Shown: positions 13,036 to 24,735, numbered from the stretch's first letter. The stretch is DNA of 64,000 bases from Octopus vulgaris (GCA_951406725.2 OX597816.1:45384001-45448000), one strand, 5' to 3'. Notes: generated by a model not told the origin, from the sequence alone. Translations and numbers: made by a program.

Positions 13036-13721
13036 TAAGGACTATGTGAAGTGCAGAATTGACAACAATACCGAGAGCGACAAATGCAGAATGTGTGGTG
13101 AGAGGGGTGAAATGGTGTGGCACATCGTTAGCGAATGCCCGAAATTGGCACAATGTGAGTACAAAATACGATATGGCAATGTGGCAGGAATGATCCACTG
13201 AGAGCTCTGTGGAAACCACGGCCTACAAAGAGCAAAGACGTGGTATGAGTAAGCCCCAGAAGGAGGTGCCTCTGGGATGCATTGATTCAGTGCGATCAGC
13301 TAACCAGTATCGCAAACCGGAGACTGTTGTGGTAAATATAAAAAAAAGAACTTGCATGATTATCGATATAAAATGTCCGGGTGACATCAGGATCAAAGAG
13401 AAAGAAGAAGAAAAACTGAACAACTACGACGATTTGAAGTGGGAAATACGAAGTTTTTGGTCAATGAGAAGAGTAGACGTGATACCAATAGTAAGCGGCG
13501 CATTTGGAAGTATCAGAATTCAACTACCAACATGGCTCAAACAGATTGGTACAAATGTAAAGATAGAACACCAACATGAATCAGCATTGCTTAGAACTAC
13601 AAGAATTCTTCGCAAGGTTCTTGAAGTATGACCAGTAAACAAGCGTCACCTTAGTTTGCTGGCTGTGGACAACATAGACTTCCCATCATACCCAGTAAAA
13701 TAAGCTGAGAGTTTTCATCAA

Positions 13722-13722
<1 letters not shown>
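13036..13722 (+). mobile_element. 3' part of an RLE-type LINE (R4/Dong-like): CCHC knuckle + restriction-like endonuclease
   Basis: CRMCGERGEMVWHIVSEC, RKP(D/E)...IIDIKCP, KLNNYDDL, IPIVSGAFG; stop at 13631, short 3' UTR, then (TAA)n. Confidence 0.85.
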
Positions 13723-14004
<282 letters not shown>

Positions 14005-14345
14005 GTGGGAGAGCATCATAGCCATGTGTTGAGAGGGATTCTTTGGGGTTTGAATAATTCACCTCTGGAAACATAGGTGTTTCGTTCAGCATCCTTAAAC
14101 AACCCTTATTCAGGGACCTTTTGAGCGCGATGGGTTACTCGACCAGAAGAAAATTCTAACTGGGCCCCACCTGCAAGGTCATGTGCTGTTTATCTTGACA
14201 TTAGATCACCATGTCGCACACATATGGTTGTGATGCATATGCCTGCTGTAACTCTTATCAGACAGGTAGTCATGATGGGTATACTGGGCTTCGTAAATTT
14301 TACCCCAGTGTCACTTTGATGGCATGAACTGCTCTCTCACTCAAT
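14005..14345. mobile_element. Non-coding island embedded between (TAA)n runs; probable 3' UTR of another TAA-targeting retroelement
   Basis: Complex sequence bounded on both sides by TAA repeats, between two Dong-like fragments. Confidence 0.4.
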
Positions 14346-14364
14346 GATAATAATAATGATAATA

Positions 14365-14703
14365 ATTGATGTATCAATACCAACAGATGACAATGTTTCT
14401 CTAAAATAAATAGGGAAGCTTTCAAAATACAAAGATCTGGAAATAGAGGGAACTCGAATGTGAAGTCTAAAAACAGAAACAATTCCTATCATTAGGTATG
14501 ATAAAAAAATATTCAGACAAATACATAACAAAACCACCAGGACTTACAAGCATATATAACATACAAAAAGTAGCACTACTAGGCACCGCACACACTTTCA
14601 ATACAGTAAAAATGAGAGCATCACAGCAAACCACAGCACATACCCAAGGCACACAGCGCTGCGCTCGGTAGTGCAGTGAAAGCACGTGATAAGAATAATA
14701 CTA

Positions 14704-14710
<7 letters not shown>
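14365..14710 (+). mobile_element. 5'-truncated R4/Dong-like LINE end in (TAA)n
   Basis: IDVSIPTDDNVS..KLSKYKDLEIE..IPII, VALLGTAH; near-identical to 40637-40992; followed by (TAA)n to about 14806. Confidence 0.85.
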
Positions 14711-14789
<79 letters not shown>

Positions 14790-15056
14790 CAACAATAATA
14801 ATAATTTTATGAAATCATTGGGTCGTAACACGTAATAGCTGTTTCAGAGTATACATACATCATATCTCTTTTTGTTTTTATAAGTATTTTTTATCTAGTT
14901 CTTCGTACAGTGTTTTCGTCATAACCGGAGCATCAGCTGAAATTATCATTAACATTATTAGTTCTGATGCACTGCAAAAAGGACATATTTTGAGTTCGTT
15001 TGCATTATATTTCTGGCAAATAAATTATTTAGATTCTCTTCAGTATTCCCCCTCAA

Positions 15057-15260
15057 TAAGGCGGCGAGTTGGCTGAATTGTTAGCACATCAGACATTTCT
15101 CCGGGCTCTTCACGTTCTGAGTTCGAATTCCGTTGAGGGTGATTTTGCCTTTCATCTATTCGAGGTTGATAAAAAAAAAACAAGTACCAATCAGGAACTG
15201 GAGTTCATGTAATCGAGTAACCTCTGCCTCTAAAATTACTAACATTGTTCCAAAAATTAC
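15057..15260 (+). mobile_element. SINE family B (older, alternative tail)
   Basis: TAAGGCGGCGAGTTGG head, GAGTTCGAATTCC, TTTGCCTTTCATC. Confidence 0.7.
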
Positions 15261-15531
15261 GAAATCTATTCTCTCTCATTAGAGAGAGAATAGATTTTTG
15301 AATAGAAATAACAGGACTTATTTATGTTTTTCAGAATATGAAAAAAAAAATGGAGAATTTTAAATAAGGCGGTGCTCCAGCATGGCCGCAGTCAAATGAC
15401 TGAAACAAGTTAAAGAGTTAAAGAGTATAGATGTTGACGCTTTCATCCTAACCTTTTACGAACCAGTCAGTGAGTTTCTATATGAAAGCTTGATTTCCTA
15501 AAATTAGTAGTCAAATTACTCTCAACCTACA

Positions 15532-15782
15532 GGATCTTTACCTTTTGATCTACAGATTTAAAAAATAATTTTTTGTAACTAAACACTCTCAAACTTCGCA
15601 TTCTGGTAGAATGTGTCATATAAAACACCTTTTACTCTTAGCGTTTTTGAGAAAAGTTTATGTTTATAAACGCTAAGAGTAAAAGGTGTTTTATATGACA
15701 CATTCTACCAGTATGCGAAGTTTGAAAGTGTTTAGTTACAAAAGATTATTTTTTAAATCTGTAGGTCAAAAGGTAAACATCC
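15532..15782. mobile_element. Foldback MITE with about 115-bp TIRs and 8-bp TSD
   Basis: 15532-15646 inverted to 15668-15782; termini GGATCTTTACC / GGTAAACATCC; AACCTACA duplicated at 15524-15531 and 15783-15790. Confidence 0.9.
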
Positions 15783-16048
15783 AACCTACAAGCATACGGT
15801 CATTGAAAGAAAGAAAGAAAGAAATGAGCTGTTAGGTAATGTAATCGATGTTGCACTACAGAAGTAGAAATGCCTTAAAATGTTTACTGCTAGAACATAG
15901 TTTATCTCAGCTTTTTGTGATCAGAGCTAACAATCTAGGGTTCAGCAACAAAATCAATTGACGAAAAAGTGAGAACAGTTTTGTTTGGATAAGAGGATAT
16001 AAAAAAAAAAAAAGTTAATGCAATTGTAAAAAAAAAAATGAAGATACA

Positions 16049-16447
16049 GGCACAGGAATGGCTGTGTGGTAAGAAGCTTGCTTCCCAACCACATGGTTTC
16101 GGGTTCAGTCCCACTACGTGGAACCTTAGACAAGTGCCTTCTACTAGCCTCGGGCCGACCAAAGCCTTGAGAGCGGATTTGGTAGACGGAAACTGAAAGA
16201 AGCCTGTCGTATATGTATATGGATATATCTATGTGCGTATATCCTGTGTCTGTGTTTGTCCTCCCACCACCGCTTGACAACCTGTGTTGGTGTGTTTACC
16301 TCCCCGTAAATTAGCGGTTCGGCAAAAGAGAGTGATAGAATAAGAACTAAGCTTTAAAAAATAGTTCTGGGGTCCATTTGTTTGACTAAAACCCTTCAAG
16401 GCGGTGCCCCAGCATGGCTGCAGTCAAATGACTGAAACAAGTAAAGA
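16049..16447 (+). mobile_element. SINE family A
   Basis: Full head, core and tail match to the other copies. Confidence 0.9.
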
Positions 16448-16660
16448 TCATCTTGGGAAAGAATTTGGCCATGTGTTACCAGTTCGAAATTATTTCACTT
16501 TTCTTGAAATACTCGGCTTGCTGAAACATGCCTATTATTTCTCAATAACTTCCTCTCCCCTATCCCACGAAAAAGTCTCTCCTGGTGCATTATAAATAAC
16601 ACTTGACTTGACATAAATGATTCATTGAAGACACAATCTATATAGACAATACTATTAACA

Positions 16661-17170
16661 GGCGCAGGAGTGGCTGTGTGCTAAGTAGCTTGCTTACCAA
16701 CCACATGGTTCCGGGTTCATTCCCACTGCGTGGCACCTTGGGAAAGTATCTTCTACTATAACCTCGGGCCGACCGAAGCCTTGTGAGTGGATTTGGTATA
16801 CGGAAACTGAAAGAACCCCATCGTATATATGCATATATATGTGTGTGTATATGTTTGTGTGTCTGTGTTTGTCCCCCCCCAACATCGCTTGACAACCGAT
16901 GGTGGTGTGTTTACATCCCGTAAACTAGCGGTTCGGCAAAAGAGAACCGATAGAATAAATACGAGGCTTACAAAGAACAAGTCCTAGGACCGATTTGCTC
17001 GACTAAAAGCGGTGCCCCAGCATGGCCTCAGTCAAATGAAACAAGTAAAAGAGTAATACCATTAACAGGCGCAGCAGTTGGTGTGTGGTAAGTAGCTTGC
17101 TTACCAACCACATGGTTCCGGGTTAATTCCCACTGCGTGGTACCTTGGGAAAGTGTCTTCTACTACAAAA

Positions 17171-17231
<61 letters not shown>

Positions 17232-17470
17232 TGTGTGTGTGTGTGTGTGTATGTTTGTGTGTCTGTGTTTGTCCCCCGCCAACATCGCTTGACAACCGAT
17301 ATGCTGGTGTGTTTCCGTCCCCGTAACTTAGCGGTTCGGCAAAAGAGAACCGACAGAATAAGTACTAGGCTTACAAAGAATAAGTCCTGGGTTTCGATTT
17401 GCTCGACTAAAGGCGGTGCTCCAGTATGGCCACAGTCAAATGACTGAAGCAAATAATAGAGTAAAAGAGT
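16661..17470 (+). mobile_element. Two head-to-tail SINE family A copies (16661-17054, 17068-17470)
   Basis: Both preceded by AATAC(T/C)ATTAACA (16648-16660, 17055-17067); the second copy has an internal deletion. Confidence 0.9.
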
Positions 17471-18089
17471 TATTCTTCTGAAGTTGCAGGTGTTAACAGC
17501 TGATCGAGATATTGATTGCACGAAACCGTAGTCCGGAAATGTAATACTTTTTTCTACTCTTCCCATAGATAATTGCACTGCAGATTGTATACACATCAAA
17601 TACACTTTCGTATTGACCATCTTAAAAGTTTTGAACCATAAGATAAGCAAAATGCATATACATTTGATAACACAAGCTTGAATGCTTTTAACGTATACAC
17701 ACATTGCACAACACAGAATGCAAACAATGAATATAATAGGTATGAACTACTTCAAGAAAAACATTTCAATTCCACCCAGAAAAGTTTACTTAAAACATTC
17801 ATCGAATAAATGGAAAGTTTGCTAATACGTATGCTTTAGAAAACCCTCTTTCTTTGAGAACAATAACAACAAAACTACACAAGACGAAAATGGTCCCGTA
17901 TTCAAAGATAGCCGCCACAAATTATAGATCTAGATGCATACTAAAATGCTTTCCTTGGTTTAACAAAGAATATGCAACTTAAAAGCAGAACGAACGATTT
18001 GCTACACGAACTAAACTAAGACTGAAATGTGATAATATCCTTCCTTCAAAAACCTACTTATATTTGCAAACAAACTAACGAGTCTAGAC

Positions 18090-18507
18090 AGACCTTCAAG
18101 GATGAGCTCATTCAATCGACTTTCATTGAACTAAACAGGTCCTTCGTAACGCGGACTGCCTGTGAGATCGAATTTCCATCTATGAAGTGTGAAAAGCATT
18201 TCTGTGCAATTCTTTTTGTAATATCACCATTTCCGTACACATCACAAATACCTCGGCAGCTTTGGAACTTTGAGTGAAAGCGAAGAGAAGTGTCGAAAAT
18301 GCTCATTTAAAAAAAAAATTCCTATTTTAACACACCGTTGTTATATGAAAAGAGGTAAAATTTACTCAATTTTCAGAAATGATAAATAAAAGTTGTAGAG
18401 GACAATTAGAGCTAAAAGAAACTATTAAAAACTACGAGAAAAATATTTTTCCTATTAATTCAAATAACATTGGAAAGAAACGAATGAATTTATCTGACAA
18501 CTTGATA
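18090..18507 (-). mobile_element. Mariner 5' remnant (N-terminal HTH region + TIR)
   Basis: Minus peptide ICDVYGNGDITKRIAQKCFSHF; TIR-like TATCAAGTTGTCAGATAAATTCATTCGTTT. Confidence 0.7.
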
Positions 18508-18746
18508 CTTAGTAAAATGATTTTAAGAGTAAAGACTAATATAACGTAGGCTATGTTCCTGTGCAATAAATGCATGTAAAGAAACGTTCATATAACTTGG
18601 TTTTGTGCATAGCCTACGTTATATTAGTCTTTACTCTTAAGATCATTTTACTCAGTATCAAGTTGTCAGATAAATTCATTCGTTTCTTTCCAATGTTATT
18701 TGAATTAATAGGAAAAATATTTTTCTCGTAGTTTTTAATAGTTTCT
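18417..18746. repeat. 139-bp inverted duplication with 52-bp spacer
   Basis: 18417-18555 is the reverse complement of 18608-18746 with about 2 mismatches. Confidence 0.95.
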
Positions 18747-18785
18747 AGCTAGCTATATGACACACGAACCTGCGTCCATTACAAC

Positions 18786-18916
18786 CTTCGAACAGGGGAG
18801 GTCAGCCGCTTCACCTTGCTAGTCAGACATCTGCAGACATGTTTCAGGGTTGTTGCCCTTTATCAATGCAGCGTAGTCAGAGCCAGCAGGTGTCGCTACT
18901 GACCGTCTGTTCGAAG
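18786..18916 (-). ncRNA. Hammerhead ribozyme variant (U3-A8 core) at the apex of a rod-like hairpin
   Basis: 18871->18831: CUGCA-UUGAUAA-AGGG(CAACAA)CCCU-GAAAC-AU-GUC-UGCAG; stem I extends through GCUGG/CUAGC, CACCU/AGGUG, GGUCAG/CUGACC and CUUCGAACAG/CUGUUCGAAG. Confidence 0.75.
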
Positions 18917-18984
18917 ATTTTATTTACCTAGTTACAGTGGAATATATATATATATATGTATATATGTGTATATATATATATATG

Positions 18985-19041
<57 letters not shown>

Positions 19042-19042
19042 A

Positions 19043-19310
19043 AAGTTAATCCAAACAAGAAAGCACAAAAAATCACAACAACGCGAGGACGTGGAACAAA
19101 TATAGTATTATTGGACGCTCAGGAAAGAAGGAGGGTTTAACGTTTCGAGCGGAGCTCTTCATCGGAAACATAGAAGAAGGAAAGATCCAGAGAAGGGAAG
19201 ACAGAGGAAAAAAATCGCCAACGGTACACACGAGGTCACATTTTGAAAGACCGGAAGGAAAAGGGTGAAGAAAGATGTTTTCAAAGACAGAAGAGTAGTA
19301 TAGTCAAAGA
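19043..19310 (-). mobile_element. Penelope-like/retrozyme-like terminal repeat with hammerhead motif (19135-19169)
   Basis: GUUU-CCGAUGA-A-GAGC(UCC)GCUC-GAAAC-GUU-AAAC; the end segment AGTTAATCCAAACAAGAAAGCAC...GCTCAGGA recurs at 28304-28387. Confidence 0.65.
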
Positions 19311-19791
19311 CAGCAGAATGGTAGGAGGGGGAATGTGTGTGTAAGTGTGGATATGTGCGTGCGCGGAGGTTTGCGTGTGTGTGTGTGTATGTGTGCAATG
19401 ATGACACGTGTGTGTGTATGTGTGTGTGTGTGTGTGCGTGTGTGTGTGTATGTGTGTGTGGTTGTAGCTGTAAACAAAGGGCTAGTAGTAAGGCTGGCTA
19501 GTTTGTAAGAATAAGGAGTGGTGTTTTCGTCCCTACCACAGGTCAGTGCTGTTACTTTGAAGTATGTGTGTGTGTGCGTGTATGTATATATATCGTGTGT
19601 GTACTTTGTTTGTAGTGTGTGTGTGTGTGTATGTATGTGTGTGTTCGTGTGTGTATGCGTAGAGTTTTGATGTGTGGCGAATAACTGTGCTTTACTTAGT
19701 GTGTGTTTGCGTGTGTGCTTGTACGTGCGTATGTGTGTATATATGTATGTATAATTGTGTGCCCTGTGTATGGGATGTATGTGTGGGTTCA

Positions 19792-19842
<51 letters not shown>

Positions 19843-19874
19843 GCGTGCGTGTCGTATGTGCGTGTAGTTGCTTA

Positions 19875-20870
19875 AACAGTCTGGAAAATGGTCAAGAAAT
19901 TTCCACAGCTGATCGACTTGGATGTGGCCGAGAAAGAAGTGTGCGGACCCCTCAACTTATTAGCAGTACCAGAGAAAAGACACGGCGAAATCTTCGTCGT
20001 TCCGTTATAAAACTGGCTGCAACAGCAAAAAGTAAACGCGAACATCGATGTACCAAGTGCTGAAGGAAGATCTCAGGACCCACCTCTACAAGATTATCCA
20101 CCGTCATGAGCTCACGTAAGTTTATAAGACCACGAGACTGGAGAAAAGTCGTCTTATCCTGCGTCAGATTGCTGAAGGCATGCTGCTCAACCTGGTGTTC
20201 ACTGATGAAAAGAAATTTGACATCGAACAGAGAGTAGACCACCAGAATGACCGACTTTGGCTCCGTCGAGAATAGACACCTAAATCGACATAAAAAACCA
20301 GAGTCAGTTATGGTTTTAGTAGCTGTGACAGCCACTGGAAGGTCTTCCCTAGTTTGTGTGCCCTCAGATGTTAAAATTAACACCCACCGTTACGTTCGAG
20401 GCATTCTAGAAGCTGAACAGTTTTCATTGGCGAATGAGCACTTTCGAGGGGCACCTTGGAGTTTCCAACAAGACTCGGCACCATCCCACAGCTCCAAACA
20501 GACACAATACTGGATTCAAAAATGCATTCTGTCGTTCATAGGCAAGGATGTATAGCACTTAAGAAGCCTCGGTTTTAACCCGTTGAATTTTTCTGTTTTG
20601 TCCATTTTAGGGACGAGGGTCTCGAGCTCTCCTCGACGCTCTGAAGGCAAAACTGTGCCAGGAATGGGCTTCGATTCCGCAAGAACAGCTGTGTGTCACA
20701 TGTGAAGCATTCGCACCTAGACTTATATATAGTGGTCATATTGAATAAATATGATAGTGTCATTATTGTTTCCTTTACCTCTGCATTGCAAAACTCGGAC
20801 CCGAAATATAACAATATTTTACTTTAGCAAAATTGAAAAAGGTTGGTTGCCTTAATCTTGGGACACCCAT
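19875..20870 (+). mobile_element. Decayed Tc1/mariner (maT-like) transposon
   Basis: LVFTDEKKFDIEQ, SVMVL.AV, VKINT..Y, FQQDSAPSH, degenerate NPL.FS motifs; frameshifted. Confidence 0.85.
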
Positions 20871-20889
20871 GAATGAATGAATTCCACTA

Positions 20890-21335
20890 TTTTAAATCCG
20901 GATTTGTCCCCGTTAACGGGGGTGGCCGAATCTATCTCACTCTTACAGCAACTACTCTCACACCATCTCGCCCGGTTTTGGGCGTCCTCCCTCCTCAAGC
21001 CAACCCTCCCAATCTCCTTCTCCACCTGTTCCCTCCACGTTTTCTTTGGTCGACCTCGCTTTCACGATTCATTCACTTTAAACTCAAGCACTCTCCTCAG
21101 AACATGATCCTCATCCCTCCTGAACACATGTCCATACCACTGCTCTGCCAGTTGTTCCACCGATTCCTCCAATCCCAGAATCCCCGTCAAGTCCTCAGTC
21201 CTCCATTTATCCAATAGTTTTACACCACACATTGCTCTCTCAGTCCTTCTCAGAATTGCCATTTCGTTTTCCCTCAGACACCATGTCTCACTCCCATACA
21301 GCATTGCAGATCTCACGCAACTCCGATAAACCAGT
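20890..21335 (-). pseudogene. RTE-clade LINE 3' fragment
   Basis: VRSAMLYGSETW, RRTERAM, WYGHVFRR, RGRPKKTW motifs. Confidence 0.85.
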
Positions 21336-21338
21336 ATA

Positions 21339-21590
21339 TCTATTATATAAAATCCGTTCTGTCTGTCTGTGTGTGTCATCAGGGATCTTGGGTATCCTCC
21401 ATCCGATGGCGCTCAAATTTGATATGTAGATACCGACGGTATCAGGGTGTGTATAAGTCTTGAACAAATTACAAAAATCGATTCCAGGTGAGAATGCGAT
21501 CGATAAAGCCGTGAGAACGTGCATTTGTAAAATCGTTTTTCTTGGAATAGAAAAAAGTCTATCTTTATTTCTTGTTTTGTCAGTGTCTCA
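21339..21590 (+). mobile_element. Non-autonomous Helitron 5' end
   Basis: A|TCTATTATATAAAA, (CTGT)n, CCGAT..CAAATTTG; abuts the truncated RTE fragment. Confidence 0.6.
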
Positions 21591-21614
21591 AATTTAGGTT
21601 AAATCAGTGTTTCG

Positions 21615-21700
21615 CTTGCCCAAAGTGCCACACAGTGGGACTGGACCCGGAACCATGTGGTTGGTAAACAAGCTACTTACCACACAGCCACTCCTGCGCC
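21615..21700 (-). mobile_element. SINE family A head fragment
   Basis: Reverse complement of GGCGCAGGAGTGGCTGTGTGG...GGGCAAG. Confidence 0.85.
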
Positions 21701-21714
21701 TATATATATGTATA

Positions 21715-21945
21715 TATATATACAAAACTGAGAATGTGTGTCTGTCTGTGTGTTTCCCTAAAACTTGAGAACTACACAACCAATTTCATTCAAATTTTAC
21801 ACATGCCTTACTTAGGGTCCATGTAGTGTCATGGGGAAACAATTTCTAACTTCTTGCCTAGGGCAAGCCCACAGCAATATCATATCTTCTCCACTATTTC
21901 AGTCTTACGTGTTAAAAGTGAAAGAAAAACATCTCTCTATTGTAT
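21715..21945 (+). mobile_element. Non-autonomous Helitron 5' region (second family)
   Basis: Highly similar to 48641-48900 (AAAACTGAGAA.GTGTGTC...CCRATTTCATTCAAATTTTACACATG). Confidence 0.65.
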
Positions 21946-21962
21946 GTATATGGATGTGTGTG

Positions 21963-21997
<35 letters not shown>

Positions 21998-22189
21998 CTG
22001 TATATGTATAGCTGTATATGTATAGATGTATTTCTATAGATATACATGTATGTCTAGATATATATATATATATATATATATATAGATGTACATGTAATAT
22101 GTACACATATATATACACATATATATATGCATACATATATACACCCATACACACATACACCCACACACCCACACCCACACATACATAAG

Positions 22190-22505
22190 TGCAGGTGTGG
22201 CTGTGTGGTAACAAACTTGGTTCCAAAACACATGGTCCTCAGTTCAGTCCCACTGTGTGGTAACTTGGCATGTGTCTTCTGCTATAGCCTGAGACCAACC
22301 AAAGCTTGGTCAGTGGATTTTGTAAACAGAAACTGAAAGAATCAATTGTATGTATATGTATGTATATATGTAAGTCTATGTGTGTGTCTTCGTGTTTCTC
22401 CCTCATCACTGCTTCACAACTGGTGTTCGTTTATTTACATCCCCATAACTTACTGGTTTCACAAGAAGAAACTGATAGAATAAGTACCAGGCTTATCAAA
22501 ATATA
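22190..22505 (+). mobile_element. SINE family A (older copy)
   Basis: GTGGCTGTGTGGTAA, AGTTCAGTCCCACTG, GATAGAATAAGTACC. Confidence 0.8.
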
Positions 22506-22568
22506 AAAAAGCACTACGAAGTGTCTCATATTTTTGTTTGCCCACTCAGTTGTATCAATCAATTTATC

Positions 22569-22624
<56 letters not shown>

Positions 22625-22661
22625 TGTATGTGTGTGTGTATACATATACATATAAATATAT

Positions 22662-23066
22662 GGCGCAGGAGTGGCTGTGTGGTAAGTAGCTTGCTAACCA
22701 ACCACATGGTTCCGGGTTCAGTCCCACTGCGTGGCATCTTGAGCAAGTGTCTTCTGCTATAGCCCCGGGCCGACCAATGCCTTGTGAGTGGATTTGGTAG
22801 ACGGAAACTGAAAGAAGCCTGTCGTATATATGTATATATGTATATATATGTATGTGTGTGTGTTTGTGTGTCTGTGTTTGTCACCCTAGCATTGCTTGAC
22901 AACCGATGCTGGTGTGTTTACGTCCCCGTCACTTAGCGGTTCGGCAAAAGAGACCGATAGAATAAGTACTGGGCCTACAAAGAATAAGTCCCGGGGTCGA
23001 TTTGCTCGACTAAAGGCGGTGCTCCAGCATGGCCGCAGTCAAATGACTGAAACAAGTAAAAGAGTA
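22662..23066 (+). mobile_element. SINE family A (young copy)
   Basis: Full-length; near-identical to 35485-35908. Confidence 0.92.
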
Positions 23067-23097
23067 TATGTATACACACACACACACACACACACAC

Positions 23098-23143
<46 letters not shown>

Positions 23144-23634
23144 CATAGTTCTTGAACTGGTACTTCAAGTAACGACTAGGGTAGGGTAACTGACTGCTTA
23201 TTGTGATCATTCGTCTTTTGGTTTCCTGTAGCTTTGCTCTCTTTTACAAACCCAGTGAACATATATTTCCTATTTCAAAGAAATTCAAACAATAGATATA
23301 AGACCCAAGTTAAAAAGATTTTCAACAATTCAACTTCTCTGGTTGACATTAAGATGCCCACCCCCAACAGGGGCCTTAACTCTCACATTTTAGAGCTCCA
23401 TGACCTTCATTTTTTAGGAGCAAAATCTTTTTAACAAGTTCAATAACACTGGAATTTTGGAATATGCGCATAAAAATCAGTAGTATGGGATACCTGTGGC
23501 ATGATTACAATTTTTTTAGGGTGTTTAAAGAGGGAAATAACCTTCATCTGCAATTTTGATGAAATTCGAAACATAGATATTCCAGTTCATTACAGAAGAT
23601 ATAACAGAAAAGTCTAATTCTTCAATTGAATGTA

Positions 23635-23662
23635 ACCGGGCTACGCCGGGTATCTCTGCTAG
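23635..23662 (+). mobile_element. Helitron 3' terminus
   Basis: GC-rich hairpin CCGGGCTACGCCGG about 10 nt upstream of CTAG|T, the canonical Helitron end. Confidence 0.7.
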
Positions 23663-23784
23663 TTATATATATATATATATATATATTTTATGATTATGTA
23701 TGTGTGTATAAATGCATATATATGTGTATGTATACTCACACAAATATAACGCACACGCACACACATATATCTATATATATATAC

Positions 23785-23809
<25 letters not shown>

Positions 23810-23815
<6 letters not shown>

Positions 23816-24139
23816 TACACACACACATTTATATATATACATTTACACACACATATATTCATATATATATATATCATATATTCACACATATATTTATATG
23901 CATGAAAGTATATATATATATATATGTATATATTTACACACACATATTTATATATATACATTTACACACACATATATTCATATATATATATATCATATAT
24001 TCACACATCTATTTATATGCATGAAAGTATATATATATATATATATATCTACACACACATATTTATATATATACATTTACACACGCATATATTCATATAT
24101 ATATATTAAATATTCACACATATATTTATATGCATGAAA

Positions 24140-24160
<21 letters not shown>
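23810..24160. repeat. About 115-120-bp higher-order minisatellite x3 built from TA/CA
   Basis: TATGCATGAAAGTATA recurs at about 23897, 24016 and 24129. Confidence 0.8.
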
Positions 24161-24208
<48 letters not shown>

Positions 24209-24704
24209 TGTATGTGTGTGTCATGTACGTATGTATGCATGTATTTATGTATGAGTGTAGGTATGTATGCATGTGTGCAAGCATGTATGCATTTATGTAT
24301 GTATAAATATATACATTGATACACCTACATAAATAACTTTTTTTTCTTCATTGCAAGCAGACCGTTTAGGTCGTTAAATTATGGCTTCATGGATCTCGCT
24401 TTATTTCACAGACGATATCAAAGTGGCAATGTTTTATTACATTGGTCTGAGCCAATGTGACGACTAACAATAGGAGAGGACTTTGTGGCTGGAGACGGGA
24501 AGAGGAAAAATTGCCACTACTACTACTACTACTACCACCATTACGACCATCATCACAACCAACACCACGACCATCGCCACCACTATGACCATCACCGTCA
24601 CTATCACCATCACGGTTGTTAATTCTGCCGCTGCTACTACCACTACTGTTGTTACTACTGTTACCGCTGCTGTACAATAATAACATTAAGGATATTTTCT
24701 TTTA

Positions 24705-24735
<31 letters not shown>

